The notes: a model not told the origin generated them from the sequence alone. Shown: positions 37,097 through 47,468, numbered from the stretch's first letter. The stretch is 63,690 nt of DNA from Chloroflexota bacterium (GCA_016865935.1 VGOB01000001.1:1-63690); one strand, 5' to 3'. Made by a program: numbers and translations.

Positions 37097-37959
37097 TGGC
37101 AGACATCAAGACGCGCTTGCGCGCGTACTGGACACTGATCAAGAGTTTGCAAACCGGCTTGCTTCTCATCACGGGACTTGCCGCGTACCTCAGCGCGCGC
37201 TGTCCAGTGACGACCTGGGAAACCTTGCTCGCGGTCGCGGGCAGTCTGTTTCTTGCGATTAGCGGCAGTACGGTGTTGAATATGGTGTACGACCGCGACA
37301 TTGACGCGAAGATGCAGCGCGCGTGTCATCGTCCGCTTCCATCAGGGCGCGTCACCGTTCGCGAAGCGCTGATACTTGGATTGACGCTTTCCATTGCCGG
37401 AGTCGGTTGGGCACTCTGGCTCAGCCCATTGTACGGCGCGGTCGTTTTCGCGGGCTTGTTCTGCGATGTCGTCGTCTACACGATTTGGCTCAAGCGGCGT
37501 ACGCCGTACTCGATCATCCTGGGTGGCTTGTCCGGCGGAATGCCCGCGCTCGCCGGACGCGCGCTCGCGGTCAATGAGATCGACGCGATTGGATTGTTGC
37601 TCGCGCTCGCGGTGCTGTTGTGGATTCCGACGCACATTATGACGTACAACATCAAGTACGCGGACGATTATCGCCGCGCGCGCGTGCCGACGTTTCCGGC
37701 GGCGTATGGAATTCGCGCGACGCGCGCGATCATCACCTTGTCTTCGGTTGGCGCGGCAATCGCGGTGACATTAGCCGCGCTCAATGTCGGAATGGATTGG
37801 GGCTATTTGCGCTTGCTCGGCGTGTTGACCGGCGGATTGTTGGTGCTGGCAATCGCAAGTATGTGGCGTCCCTCGGAACGCTTGAACTTTGGCTTGTTCA
37901 AGTACGCGTCGGTCTATATGCTCAGTTCGATGTTGTTGTTGGCGGCGCGAGCGTTTTGA
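37096..37959 (+). CDS. ctaB: protoheme IX farnesyltransferase (heme O synthase), UbiA family
   Basis: 287 aa from the ATG at 37096. Motifs NMVYDRDIDAKMQRACHRPLPSG and IKYADDYRRARVPTFP. Confidence 0.82.
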   Translation: MADIKTRLRAYWTLIKSLQTGLLLITGLAAYLSARCPVTTWETLLAVAGSLFLAISGSTVLNMVYDRDIDAKMQRACHRPLPSGRVTVREALILGLTLSIAGVGWALWLSPLYGAVVFAGLFCDVVVYTIWLKRRTPYSIILGGLSGGMPALAGRALAVNEIDAIGLLLALAVLLWIPTHIMTYNIKYADDYRRARVPTFPAAYGIRATRAIITLSSVGAAIAVTLAALNVGMDWGYLRLLGVLTGGLLVLAIASMWRPSERLNFGLFKYASVYMLSSMLLLAARAF

Positions 37960-38564
37960 TGCGCCGGATGACGCTCTGGGATCGCGTCGGGTTGCTGGCG
38001 ACGGGATTGCTTGCCGCGTACCAGATCGTTGTGGGCGTGGAAGGCACGTCGCAACTCGCGACCTGGCTTTACACACTGGCGTTTGGCGTCTTGCTGATCG
38101 CCGGATTGTTGCTGATCATTTTCGGCTTTGAGGTTCTCGATAGTTCACTCGTCGTCATCGTCGCCGCGCTCATCCCGCTCAGTCTCTCGGTCGCGCTCGT
38201 GTTCGATCACGCGCCGGCGTTGGGCATCGGCTATGCGATCTTTGCGCTCCTCGGTTTGCTGGCGATTGCGCTCACGCGTTACGCGGCGACAAAAACGATT
38301 GCGACGATGACGCTCGCGTTCGTTCACGCCGTCGCCGCGCTCGTGATCGTCGGGCTGCCGCTTGTGCTTGTTGCGCGCGGCAACGCCGAGTGGGGCTTGG
38401 TGCTGGTCGCGATTGGCGGCGCGCTGATCGGCATCGGCGGATTGTTGCTCGCGTTTCTCAAAACCGGCAAGCCGCTTGTATCGCGCGATGTGATCTTGAC
38501 GATTCTGCCTGCGCTGCTTTTGGTAATGACGGCTGCGTTTGTGATCGGTTTGGCAATCCGATAA
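37959..38564 (+). CDS. hydrophobic membrane protein of unknown function
   Basis: 201 aa from the ATG at 37959, with a TGATG overlap onto the ctaB stop. About 6 hydrophobic segments. Confidence 0.65.
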   Translation: MRRMTLWDRVGLLATGLLAAYQIVVGVEGTSQLATWLYTLAFGVLLIAGLLLIIFGFEVLDSSLVVIVAALIPLSLSVALVFDHAPALGIGYAIFALLGLLAIALTRYAATKTIATMTLAFVHAVAALVIVGLPLVLVARGNAEWGLVLVAIGGALIGIGGLLLAFLKTGKPLVSRDVILTILPALLLVMTAAFVIGLAIR

Positions 38565-38584
38565 TTTTACAAAGGAGGCGCAAA

Positions 38585-39409
38585 ATGCAAAACACTTCGC
38601 AACGGGTACGCACAGTTCTGGCGGCGCTCGCTGTCATCATCGGCTTGTTCATGGTGATCGGCGCGCCTTTGCTGATCCAAACATCGTTGGATGGCGTGTT
38701 GACGAATCTAGTCCAAGCGTCCAAAGAACGTCCGCAGTACAGCAGTGGCATCTTGCTCTTTTCGATCTTTTATCCGCTTTGGCGCGCGTTGATTTTCGTC
38801 GGCGGCGTTGCGCTGATTGTCAGCGCGTTGCCGATCTATCGCGGCAAGGAGTGGACGTTGCCGGTCGCGTTGCTCGCGTACGCGATGCTGGCGATGGGCG
38901 GGATGTTTATGTTTCTGCCGTACGTCAGTTGGGTCAAAGGTTTTCCGATCCCAATGACGTTGATGCTCGTCGGTCTCGTCGGCTTTTGGTGTATGTTGCT
39001 GTTGCGAAAAACGGATCGGGTGCAGAAACTGGTGGATTTTCTCACCTTTACGTTTATCGGAATGTTGGCGACGCACAGCTTTGTCTTGTTCACCGGCGCG
39101 TTACGAATGTTGATGACGCGCCCCGGGCAACCCTTGTTCGTCGGCGTCGAATGGTGGATTCTGACGATGGTGGGCGGAATTGATTTGCTCGTCGTGATTA
39201 TGCTCGTCATCGCGATTCCGCTCTTGGCGCTGCGCCGAGAAGCTGGCTGGTGGATCGCGCTGATCGCGAGTCTGTCCGGCTTGCTGATTGACGCGCCGAC
39301 CCAAGTGATTCGGATGGCGACTTTCGATTATTTGTACGGCGCGCTGTTGGCGATTGGCGTACTCGTCTTTCTATTGATTCCCAAATTCCGACAACGCCTT
39401 GTCGGGTGA
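38585..39409 (+). CDS. polytopic membrane protein, paralog P3
   Basis: ATG at 38585 with AAAGGAGG SD. Motifs FYPLWRAL, PIYRGKEWTLP, LRKTDR, GWWIAL and FDYLYGALLA are shared with P4 and P5. Confidence 0.75.
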   Translation: MQNTSQRVRTVLAALAVIIGLFMVIGAPLLIQTSLDGVLTNLVQASKERPQYSSGILLFSIFYPLWRALIFVGGVALIVSALPIYRGKEWTLPVALLAYAMLAMGGMFMFLPYVSWVKGFPIPMTLMLVGLVGFWCMLLLRKTDRVQKLVDFLTFTFIGMLATHSFVLFTGALRMLMTRPGQPLFVGVEWWILTMVGGIDLLVVIMLVIAIPLLALRREAGWWIALIASLSGLLIDAPTQVIRMATFDYLYGALLAIGVLVFLLIPKFRQRLVG

Positions 39410-39437
39410 GGAATAACCACGCTTGAAGGAGGAAACT

Positions 39438-40277
39438 ATGACTAATGAAACAACCGCGCGTGACCGCTTGATTCTGGCGGTGATTACGCTTGTCGCGGCA
39501 ATTCTGCTGATGACCTGGGTGCCTGCCACCGTCATCAACGCGATGGACCAAGTGATGAAAGGCGCGGTCGTCAAGATCGCGGCGACGCAAAATCCGTTGC
39601 TCGCGCCTGCGACGACACTCGTCACGTTTTTCTTCCCGTTCTGGGGCGCGCTTTGCACGGTTGCCGGCGCGGCACTGCTTGTGTTGGTATACCCGATTTA
39701 TCGCGGGGAGCGCTGGGCGCGTCCGGCGGCAGTCGGGTTGCTGGCGATTCCATCCATCACCGGCGCGTATATGACGGGACCGATTATGTCGTTCGCGCAG
39801 GGCGCGCAAATGCTGTTCGTCATCGTGATGATGGCGGGCTTGATTCCGTACTTTGGGATTTTGCTCTGGGAAAGATCATCGTGGAAAAACAAAGCGGCGA
39901 ATTTCGTCCTGTTCCTGCTGTTGGGCATCACCGCCGCGTGGACGTTTGCAAACGGACATTCGTCACTCCGCATGGTCTTGGCGCGTCCACAACTCAACGT
40001 CTTTAACGAAAGTCTCTACGGCTATCTGTTCAATATCCCCGTAGTCTGGACTGGCGTGCTGGCGACGGTGATCGCGATTCCGTTGCTCGCCGCGCGCACG
40101 CGTGCTGGTTGGTGGCTGGCGGTTAGCGCGGTTGTCGTGATGCTCGTCGGCACCATCGGGCTGTACATCACGCATCCGAACGTCGTCGAATTCGTGCAAG
40201 GGATTGCGATGGCGGTGGGCAGTCTAGTCTTGTTGCTGATTCCAGGAATCGGCGGGAGACTTGCCAAGCAAGCATAG
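39438..40277 (+). CDS. polytopic membrane protein, paralog P4
   Basis: ATG at 39438 with GAAGGAGG SD. Motifs FFPFWGAL, PIYRGERWARP, FANGHSSLR and GWWLAV. Confidence 0.75.
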   Translation: MTNETTARDRLILAVITLVAAILLMTWVPATVINAMDQVMKGAVVKIAATQNPLLAPATTLVTFFFPFWGALCTVAGAALLVLVYPIYRGERWARPAAVGLLAIPSITGAYMTGPIMSFAQGAQMLFVIVMMAGLIPYFGILLWERSSWKNKAANFVLFLLLGITAAWTFANGHSSLRMVLARPQLNVFNESLYGYLFNIPVVWTGVLATVIAIPLLAARTRAGWWLAVSAVVVMLVGTIGLYITHPNVVEFVQGIAMAVGSLVLLLIPGIGGRLAKQA

Positions 40278-40369
40278 AAATCAAGAAAGAGGAGGCGCAC
40301 AAGCATACAATCCAAAATTCATTCGATTTCCACTGATCCGATCAAATCACTCGAAGAGGAGAATTCCAA

Positions 40370-41248
40370 ATGTCATCTGAAATGTCTCGCCAAGTTCGTC
40401 AAATCGTCACAGCCGTCGTCGTGATTGCCGCACTGTTGATGATCGTCGCCGTGCCGCTCATCGTGGATGGTACGCTCAACCCGATCATTCAAGGGCAATT
40501 AGATCGCATCGCGAAATTCAAGGCGCAAGGAACGCCCGAAGGGAACGCGCAAGCGGCGGTGATCCAGGTGGTCCCGTGGAGCATCGGTTTTCTTTTCCCG
40601 TTATGGGCAGTGCTGTCTTTGATCGCGGGATTCGCGTTGCTCGTCATCGCGCCAGAGTTCTATCGCGGCGCAAAATGGACGCGCGGCGTCGCGCTGGCGA
40701 TGCTCTCGATTCCCAGTATCGGCGGCGCGTTTATGCTGATCCCGTGGCTCAATTTTGTCGGCACCGGCGGCGGCTTTCCGCCCGCGTTGTGGATTATGGC
40801 GATTGGGCTGGTTCCGTACTTTACGGTTATTTTCGCGGAGAAATCGGATTGGCTCACCAAAGCCGCGAGCGCGCTCGTCTTTTTGATGCTGGGGGTCACG
40901 GCGGCGGAGAATTTCGCCAACGGGCACGCGTCCTTCCGCATCTACATCGGACATCCCAAGCGTCCCTTGTTCGCCGAAGGGATTCCGGTGTTGTGGCTCT
41001 CCTTCATCACGCTGTGGATCACCTGCTTTATGCTGATCGTCGCGATTTTCCAAATCGGCAATCGCAAGATGACCGGCTGGTACCTCGCGATGGTCGCCGG
41101 ACTTGCCACCGCCGTCGCCAGCGGCGCAACGCACTATTATCGTTCCGCGACGAACGATTATCTGTACGGCGCGCTGTTTGGCTTGAGCATTGTCGTTCTG
41201 CTCGTGATTCCCGCGGTGAAGAAACGCCTGTTTGAACCAAACCAATAA
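40370..41248 (+). CDS. polytopic membrane protein, paralog P5
   Basis: 292-aa ORF with GAAGAGGAG SD. Motifs LFPLWAVL, EFYRGAKWTRG, FANGHASFR, GWYLAM and NDYLYGALFG. Confidence 0.75.
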   Translation: MSSEMSRQVRQIVTAVVVIAALLMIVAVPLIVDGTLNPIIQGQLDRIAKFKAQGTPEGNAQAAVIQVVPWSIGFLFPLWAVLSLIAGFALLVIAPEFYRGAKWTRGVALAMLSIPSIGGAFMLIPWLNFVGTGGGFPPALWIMAIGLVPYFTVIFAEKSDWLTKAASALVFLMLGVTAAENFANGHASFRIYIGHPKRPLFAEGIPVLWLSFITLWITCFMLIVAIFQIGNRKMTGWYLAMVAGLATAVASGATHYYRSATNDYLYGALFGLSIVVLLVIPAVKKRLFEPNQ

Positions 41249-41252
41249 AACG

Positions 41253-41289
41253 AAAACTCCCAGAGCCACAAACGCCCTGGGAGTTTTTT
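41253..41289 (+). terminator. bidirectional terminator between P5 and crp
   Basis: AAAACTCCCAG-AGCCACAAACGCC-CTGGGAGTTTT followed by TT. Confidence 0.65.
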
Positions 41290-41981
41290 CATCCGCGCCT
41301 GGTCTTGTCCACCGTCTCGACGATGCGTTCGAGCGCGGCGCGATCGTGCAGTGTGATGCTGGCGCGCGTGATGTCGAGAACGCCTTCCGCTTGAAACTGA
41401 TGCAGGACGCGCGAAATGACTTCGGGCGTGGATGCGACGCGCGCCGCGATCTCGGCGAGCGTGATCGAGCGTTCGTGCGATTTTTTCTCCTGCGCCGGAA
41501 ACTGGGTCAACAAAAGTTTGGCAAGCCGCCCGGCGACCGGCTGAAACGCGAGCCCGTAGATGATCTCGCGCGCCCGACGCATCGTCGCGACCAACTCACG
41601 CGCGATGGCGTGCCAGATCGCCGGGTTGCGATCCAGGATCGGCAGGATCGCGTCGCGATGCCAGAGCGCCACTTCGGATGCGCCAACCGCCTGAAGCGAC
41701 GCGGGCATCGGCTGATCGTCAAAGAGCGAATGTCCCCAAAAGACGCGCCCTGGATCGATCGAGTACAGCATAAATTCGCGTCCGGCGGGCGACAACATCG
41801 TCCAACGCAGTTGACCCGACACGAGGTAAAGCGCGTGCGCCCACACTTCGCCTTGATGACACAAGTATTCGCTCGGCGCCAGCGCGCGCCGGCGCGCCAG
41901 CCGCGCCAGTGTCGCACAGTCCGCTGGCGGGAGCCGATTGAAGACTTGGGTCTGCCCGAGTTTCTTCGCGAGATCACTCAT
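41289..41981 (-). CDS. Crp/Fnr-family transcriptional regulator
   Basis: 230-aa ORF with GGAGGAAAG SD. Cyclic-nucleotide-binding-like N-domain and C-terminal HTH (TLAEIAARVASTPEVISRVL). Confidence 0.85.
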   Translation of the reverse strand: MSDLAKKLGQTQVFNRLPPADCATLARLARRRALAPSEYLCHQGEVWAHALYLVSGQLRWTMLSPAGREFMLYSIDPGRVFWGHSLFDDQPMPASLQAVGASEVALWHRDAILPILDRNPAIWHAIARELVATMRRAREIIYGLAFQPVAGRLAKLLLTQFPAQEKKSHERSITLAEIAARVASTPEVISRVLHQFQAEGVLDITRASITLHDRAALERIVETVDKTRRG

Positions 41982-42006
41982 TTTCTTTCCTCCGCCAGTC
42001 GGCGAT

Positions 42007-43557
42007 CTATTTCGTCCAAACCGGATGATCGCCGGACTTGGTCGTCAAGCGCGTGACGTTGCTCCCGTTGCGATCCATCATATAAATATCGTTCTGCCCT
42101 TCGCGCGTGGACGCGAATGCGATCCAGTTTCCATCGGGCGACCAGGTCGGCGAGAAATCCGAGTAGACGCCGTTGCTCAAGCGACGCAAGCCGGTGCCGT
42201 CCGGGTTCACCAGATAAATTTGCGCCTTGCCATCGCGATTCGACGTGAACGCGAGCAGTTTGCCGTCGGGACTGAATGCCGGCGCGGAATCGTCCGCGTC
42301 GTGCTTGGCGAGCACGCGCACGTCACTGCCATCCGGCTTCATCGTGTAAATGTCGTTGAACGCCGTCGTGTTGAACGACACGGCGAGCAGGTCTTGTTTC
42401 GACCAAGAGACTTCGCGATATTGTTCTTCGCCGACTTGCTTGTACAAACATTCGTGGCGAGAGTCCGTGCATTTGCTCCCGTCGGCGTTGACGATGACGA
42501 GCATCCGCGTTTTGCCGTCCGCGCGAAAACTGGTCAGCGCGATCCGCGTGCCGTCCGGCGACCAGGAGGGGCTGGAGAGACTGCCGGTGTTCTCACCAGG
42601 ATAGATCATCACGGGCTTGTCGTCGGTGTACGGATTTTTGATCATCAAGGAGTTGACCGCGCCCAATGACGCGGCGTAGATGTACGCGAACTTGGCATTA
42701 TCCGGCGACCAATCCGCGATGCGCGCGTTCGTCCGCTTGACGATGTCCGGCAACGGTCCCGAGACGACGAGCGGCGTGATGGTTTTCGTTTCGAGATTGT
42801 AGATCGAAATGCGATCGATCCCCTTGTCGTTCCAGTGATACGCGATGCTCCCTTTCGGCGCGGGGAATTTCACCGGCGTCGGCGTCGCGGAGGGCTTGGG
42901 CGTCGCGACAGCCACCTTGGTTGCCGTACGCGTCGCAGTTGGCGTGACCGGCGTCGTCGAAACGAGTTTGCCGTCTTGCAGTTTGAACTTGCGCGTTGTA
43001 TCGAGCATCGGATTTGCCATCGAATCTTTTGGACCCTGGGTCAAAAAGTTGGCGTTGATCTCGCCCCCTTGGATCGTCAGCGATTTGAGTTTGATCCGAT
43101 CGCCTAATACTTCGGGCGCGCTGGGCTTGGGCGCGCCTTGGTCGTTCAGCACGCCGTACAAATTGTAAAACGTGCCGGTGCCGCCGGAGTTGAGCGTGAG
43201 AATGATCGCCACGTCCGCAATGCCGTCGCCGTTCAGATCGCCGACGGAGAGCACCTCGTTGAACGCGACGGCGATCTGTGCGGACGCGTTGGGGATTTTT
43301 TCCTGATACGATCCGTTGACGAGTTTGGCTTTGCCGCTCGCCGGACCTTCGATCAGATACTCGGCGTTCTTGAGCGCGTCGAGCGTGAGCGACGGAATCG
43401 CGGTCGGCGTCCAGGTTGGCGTCGGTGGAATCGCGGTGGGGGTTGCAGTTGGAAACGGCGTGGGCGTGGGAACAGGCGTCGGCGTCGGTGATGCGCCGCA
43501 CGCGCTGGTGCTGAGCGCCAGCGCGATCAACGCGCCCAGGATGAAATGTTTTTTCAT
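42007..43557 (-). CDS. PD40/TolB-like beta-propeller lipoprotein with Pro/Thr-rich linkers
   Basis: ATG at 43557 (AAAGGAG SD). Lipobox LALSTSAC. Repeated SPDG-type (W/F)SPDG PD40 motifs. Confidence 0.8.
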   Translation of the reverse strand: MKKHFILGALIALALSTSACGASPTPTPVPTPTPFPTATPTAIPPTPTWTPTAIPSLTLDALKNAEYLIEGPASGKAKLVNGSYQEKIPNASAQIAVAFNEVLSVGDLNGDGIADVAIILTLNSGGTGTFYNLYGVLNDQGAPKPSAPEVLGDRIKLKSLTIQGGEINANFLTQGPKDSMANPMLDTTRKFKLQDGKLVSTTPVTPTATRTATKVAVATPKPSATPTPVKFPAPKGSIAYHWNDKGIDRISIYNLETKTITPLVVSGPLPDIVKRTNARIADWSPDNAKFAYIYAASLGAVNSLMIKNPYTDDKPVMIYPGENTGSLSSPSWSPDGTRIALTSFRADGKTRMLVIVNADGSKCTDSRHECLYKQVGEEQYREVSWSKQDLLAVSFNTTAFNDIYTMKPDGSDVRVLAKHDADDSAPAFSPDGKLLAFTSNRDGKAQIYLVNPDGTGLRRLSNGVYSDFSPTWSPDGNWIAFASTREGQNDIYMMDRNGSNVTRLTTKSGDHPVWTK

Positions 43558-43722
43558 AGAAACTCCTTTGTGCTCGACCGACGACGGATGACCGGCGACC
43601 GCCGCGCGGCGCAAGGAAAAGATCGTTGCTATTTTTATATCACAAAAATCGAAATGCGTAAAATCGCGCGCAAGAAAATGGCGCAGGAGATTGCCCCCTG
43701 CGCCATTCGATTGGCGGATCGT

Positions 43723-44889
43723 TTATCGCGTCCAGGTGGGATGCGAACCGCCCGACTTTGTAATCTGCGTCAGATTGCCGCCGTGCGTGTCCACCATCCA
43801 GATATCGAACTGACCGCCGCGCGTGGAGGCAAAGCCGAGCCAGTTTCCATCCGGCGACCAAGTCGGCGTCAAGTCCATCGGACCCGCCGTGATCGCGCGC
43901 ACGTTCGTGCCATCCACATTCATCAGGTAGATGCGCCACTTGCCATCGCGATTCGACGTGAACGCGATCGTCTTGCCGTCGGGACTGAAGACCGGCGCGA
44001 TGTCGTCACCCGGACTCTTGGTCAGGTTGCGTGCGCCTTCGCCGTTCGCGTAGATCGTGAAGACATCCGGCGCGGCATCGGTATTGAAACTGATCGTCAA
44101 CAAGTTTTCCTTGCCCCACGACACGCCGCCGCGGTATTGTTCGCCTTGCCCGAATTTGATCAGACATTCGAACTTGTCGCCGCACTTTGTGCCGTCCGAG
44201 TTGATGATGATCAGCGCCCACGATTGTTTGTCCGCGCTCATCTTGATAAACGCGATTCGCTTGCCGTCGGATGACCAGGTGGGGCTGGACAAGCCGCCGC
44301 CGCCATCGGACGAGTAGAGCGCGACTTCTTTATCGCCGTCGCGGATCTTGAGAATGTTCGACGCGCCCGGCGCTCCGGCGAAAATGTACGCGAACGCGGA
44401 ACTCGCGGTGGACCATTCACCCAGGTGCGCGTTGGTGCCGTGATCGTTCAGCGTCAAATCCATCACCGGACCGACCGTGACAAACGGACGCACGTCGCCG
44501 GTATTGACGTCAACCACAGCCATTCGCCGGACGCCGCCTTCGTTCACCTGGTAGGCGATGCTTCCTTTGGGATTCGCGGGACGCGGCGAAGTGGGCGTTG
44601 CCAGCGGTTTGGGCGTTGCGACGACCACCGGGCGCGTGCGCGTCGGCGTCACGCTCGGCAGCGCTGGCGTTGGCGATGCAGGTACCGGCGTCAACGTCGG
44701 CGGCACGGTCGGTGTCGGTGGAACGCGCGTGGCAGTGGGCGGCGGAGGCGGAAGCGTAATCGTCGGCGTGGGCACACGCGTCGGCGTGGGCGGCGCGCTA
44801 CAACCCAACACGAACAGAGCCAGCGCGAGCAGCGCAAGCAAGGTCAAACTTTTTTCTTTCACGAATTTTCTCCTTTCAAGAAATGACAC
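43723..44889 (-). CDS. PD40/TolB-like beta-propeller lipoprotein (paralog)
   Basis: 388-aa ORF. Signal/lipobox LALFVLGC, a PT-rich linker, and repeated SSDG/SPDG motifs. Confidence 0.8.
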   Translation of the reverse strand: MSFLERRKFVKEKSLTLLALLALALFVLGCSAPPTPTRVPTPTITLPPPPPTATRVPPTPTVPPTLTPVPASPTPALPSVTPTRTRPVVVATPKPLATPTSPRPANPKGSIAYQVNEGGVRRMAVVDVNTGDVRPFVTVGPVMDLTLNDHGTNAHLGEWSTASSAFAYIFAGAPGASNILKIRDGDKEVALYSSDGGGGLSSPTWSSDGKRIAFIKMSADKQSWALIIINSDGTKCGDKFECLIKFGQGEQYRGGVSWGKENLLTISFNTDAAPDVFTIYANGEGARNLTKSPGDDIAPVFSPDGKTIAFTSNRDGKWRIYLMNVDGTNVRAITAGPMDLTPTWSPDGNWLGFASTRGGQFDIWMVDTHGGNLTQITKSGGSHPTWTR

Positions 44890-45035
44890 GTTGAACCGCA
44901 GAGACGGAACGCACGCCAGACATCAGCGGCGCAGTCCGCGACTCTGCGGTCGGTTGACGATATGAGTGCCGAACGCCACTGCCAGCGTCCATTCCAACTA
45001 TAGCACAAAATTTGAGAGAGGACAAATTTGGAAAA

Positions 45036-47468
45036 TCATTCTTTTTCCAAATCCTCCCAATCTTCTTCCGTCCAATCCGCAAACTCGTCTTCCTCTTTGA
45101 ATTGGCGCGGCGCGGTTGCGCGTGCCGCAGTTTTTTCCACGCGACGCGGTCTGTCATCTGGCGTCTGGTGTCTGTGATCTGCCAGCGCCCGCACCGCGCG
45201 CCCTTTCGTCGGACCCTCGTCGGGTCCCACCACCCCTTGCTCTTCCAGCAATTCGATCAAGCGCGCCGCGCGCGAATAACCGATCCGCAATTTGCGTTGC
45301 AGCAGCGACACCGACGCGCGACTGCTCTGCCGGACGATCGCGCTGGCTTGCGGCAGCAAATCGTCTTCCAGCGCGTGCGATTTTTTTCCGGGCGCGCCAT
45401 TGTGCCACAACGGCGGTTGCAAGTACTCGTCCGCGTCAATCTCCGGCGCGGCGATTTTCTTTTCCGGCGGCGGAGGCGGCGCAAAGTCTTTCCAATACGT
45501 CACCAGTTTTTCCAGCTCGCGATCCGAAACGAAGCAACCTTGCAAGCGCACCAATTTCGACGAGTCGCTCGCCATATACAACAGATCGCCGCGCCCCAGC
45601 AATTTTTCCGCGCCCGGCGTATCCAGCACGACGCGCGAATCAATCTGGCTCGTCACCGCGAACGAAATGCGCGACGGAAAATTCGCCTTGATCAAACCGG
45701 TCACCACATCCACCGACGGACGTTGCGTCGCGAGAATCAAATGAATGCCGGTCGCGCGCGCCATTTGCGCCAGACGCGTGATCGCCTTTTCCACTTCGTC
45801 CGGCGAAATCATCATCAAGTCCGCCAGTTCGTCTACGATGACGATCAGAAACGGCAGTCGCTCCGCGTCCGGTTTACCTTCGACGATGTGATTGTAAATG
45901 TCAATGTTGCGCGCGCCGTGCTTGGCAAACAACTGAAAACGCCGATCCATCTCCGCGACCGCGCTTTGCAACGCGGCAACCGCCTTGTCCATTTCGACGA
46001 CGACCGGCTCGCGCAAATGCGGAATGCCGTTGAAATTCACCAGCTCGACGCGCTTGGGGTCCACCATCACGAATTTAATTTCGTCCGGCGTCGTCGTGCA
46101 AAGCAAACAGCCGATGATCGCGTTCACGCAGACCGATTTACCGGAACCGGTCGCGCCCGCGATGAGCAAGTGGGGCATCGAATCGAGATTCGCGCAAATC
46201 GGCTGACCGGCGACATCCTGCCCTAGCGCGATCTTCAATTTCGATTTGATCCCCTTGAACGATTCCGATTCCATCACGCCGCGCAAACTGACCGTCGCGA
46301 TCTGCGAATTCGGCACTTCGATCCCGACGATGCTTTTGCCCGGCACCGGCGCTTCGATCCGGATCGGCGCGGCGGCGAGCGCAAGTTCGAGATCGTGTTG
46401 CAGCGCGCTGATGCGGCTCACTTTGACTTTGACGCGATGCACTTTGCCGTCCACGCCTTTTTGCTCGACGAAACCTGGTTCGACGCCGAACTGCGTGATC
46501 GTCGGTCCCTGGTTCACCTCCAGCACTTTGGCGGGCACACCGAAATGCGCGAGTGTTTCTTCGATCTTGTGAACGCGCTCGCGGATTTCTTGCTGATTGA
46601 TTTCGCCCTCGGTGCTCTCTTCCAGCATTTGCGCGATCTCGGGCAAACGCCATTCGCGCGAAATGACCGGCGCGGCAGAAACAGAATCTCCCCCAATGAT
46701 GCGCGCGGCGACGGGCATGCGCGGTTTCGTTTCCGCGATCTTTCGCTCTGTTGTGGGCGAGGGGCGGGGGGCGGGATCAGAAATCGGCGCGCGCGTGATC
46801 GGGACTTGCGGATAATCCACGCGCGGCGCGACCGTCGGTTGCGCGGGCGGCGCGGTCGGTTTCGCGCGGAATCGCGCGAGTTCTTGCGGCAGATGCTTGA
46901 CGATACGCGCGAGAAAAATCGCGCGACGCGCGATCTCCGGCAGCGAAATGTTGAACAGCAAGATCAACGTGATGCCGGTTGCGGCAATCAGCGCAAGCAG
47001 CGCGCCGATTTCGCCGAATGCGCCGACGAGCGCGGACAAAATCGCCCAGCCGATCACGCCGCCGCCTTGAAACGCGCCCGGTTGACGCATCAAATTCATC
47101 GGCGCGGAGAGCCAGTGCAAAATTGCCAGCAAGACCAGGTACATCAAGCCGATGCCGATCGGGCGTTCCCAACCCAGGTTCCAGGTTTTATCGAGCGCGT
47201 CGAGGATCAGCCAAATGCCCAAGCCCAGCAAAAGCAAGGGCGCGAAATAGACACCCCAGCCAAACAAGCCCTGGAGCAATTGCGTCCAGACCGCGAGAAA
47301 AACTCCGCCGCTCAGATTGAACGCGCCGAGCGCGGTGAGCGCGGCGAGAATGATCACGCCAATCGCGGCGATCTCTTCCCAGCGGTCCGGATCGAGTCGC
47401 AGGAGCGGCTTGCTCGGTTTGGGTTCTTCTTTGGGGGTTGCGCGCGCGCGCGGTTTACGGGTGCTCAT
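45036..47468 (-). CDS. ftsK: FtsK/SpoIIIE DNA translocase
   Basis: 810-aa ORF. N-terminal TM segments, Walker A GATGSGKSVCVN, and a C-terminal gamma-like winged helix (SVSLLQRKLRIGYSRAARLIE). Confidence 0.92.
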   Translation of the reverse strand: MSTRKPRARATPKEEPKPSKPLLRLDPDRWEEIAAIGVIILAALTALGAFNLSGGVFLAVWTQLLQGLFGWGVYFAPLLLLGLGIWLILDALDKTWNLGWERPIGIGLMYLVLLAILHWLSAPMNLMRQPGAFQGGGVIGWAILSALVGAFGEIGALLALIAATGITLILLFNISLPEIARRAIFLARIVKHLPQELARFRAKPTAPPAQPTVAPRVDYPQVPITRAPISDPAPRPSPTTERKIAETKPRMPVAARIIGGDSVSAAPVISREWRLPEIAQMLEESTEGEINQQEIRERVHKIEETLAHFGVPAKVLEVNQGPTITQFGVEPGFVEQKGVDGKVHRVKVKVSRISALQHDLELALAAAPIRIEAPVPGKSIVGIEVPNSQIATVSLRGVMESESFKGIKSKLKIALGQDVAGQPICANLDSMPHLLIAGATGSGKSVCVNAIIGCLLCTTTPDEIKFVMVDPKRVELVNFNGIPHLREPVVVEMDKAVAALQSAVAEMDRRFQLFAKHGARNIDIYNHIVEGKPDAERLPFLIVIVDELADLMMISPDEVEKAITRLAQMARATGIHLILATQRPSVDVVTGLIKANFPSRISFAVTSQIDSRVVLDTPGAEKLLGRGDLLYMASDSSKLVRLQGCFVSDRELEKLVTYWKDFAPPPPPEKKIAAPEIDADEYLQPPLWHNGAPGKKSHALEDDLLPQASAIVRQSSRASVSLLQRKLRIGYSRAARLIELLEEQGVVGPDEGPTKGRAVRALADHRHQTPDDRPRRVEKTAARATAPRQFKEEDEFADWTEEDWEDLEKE

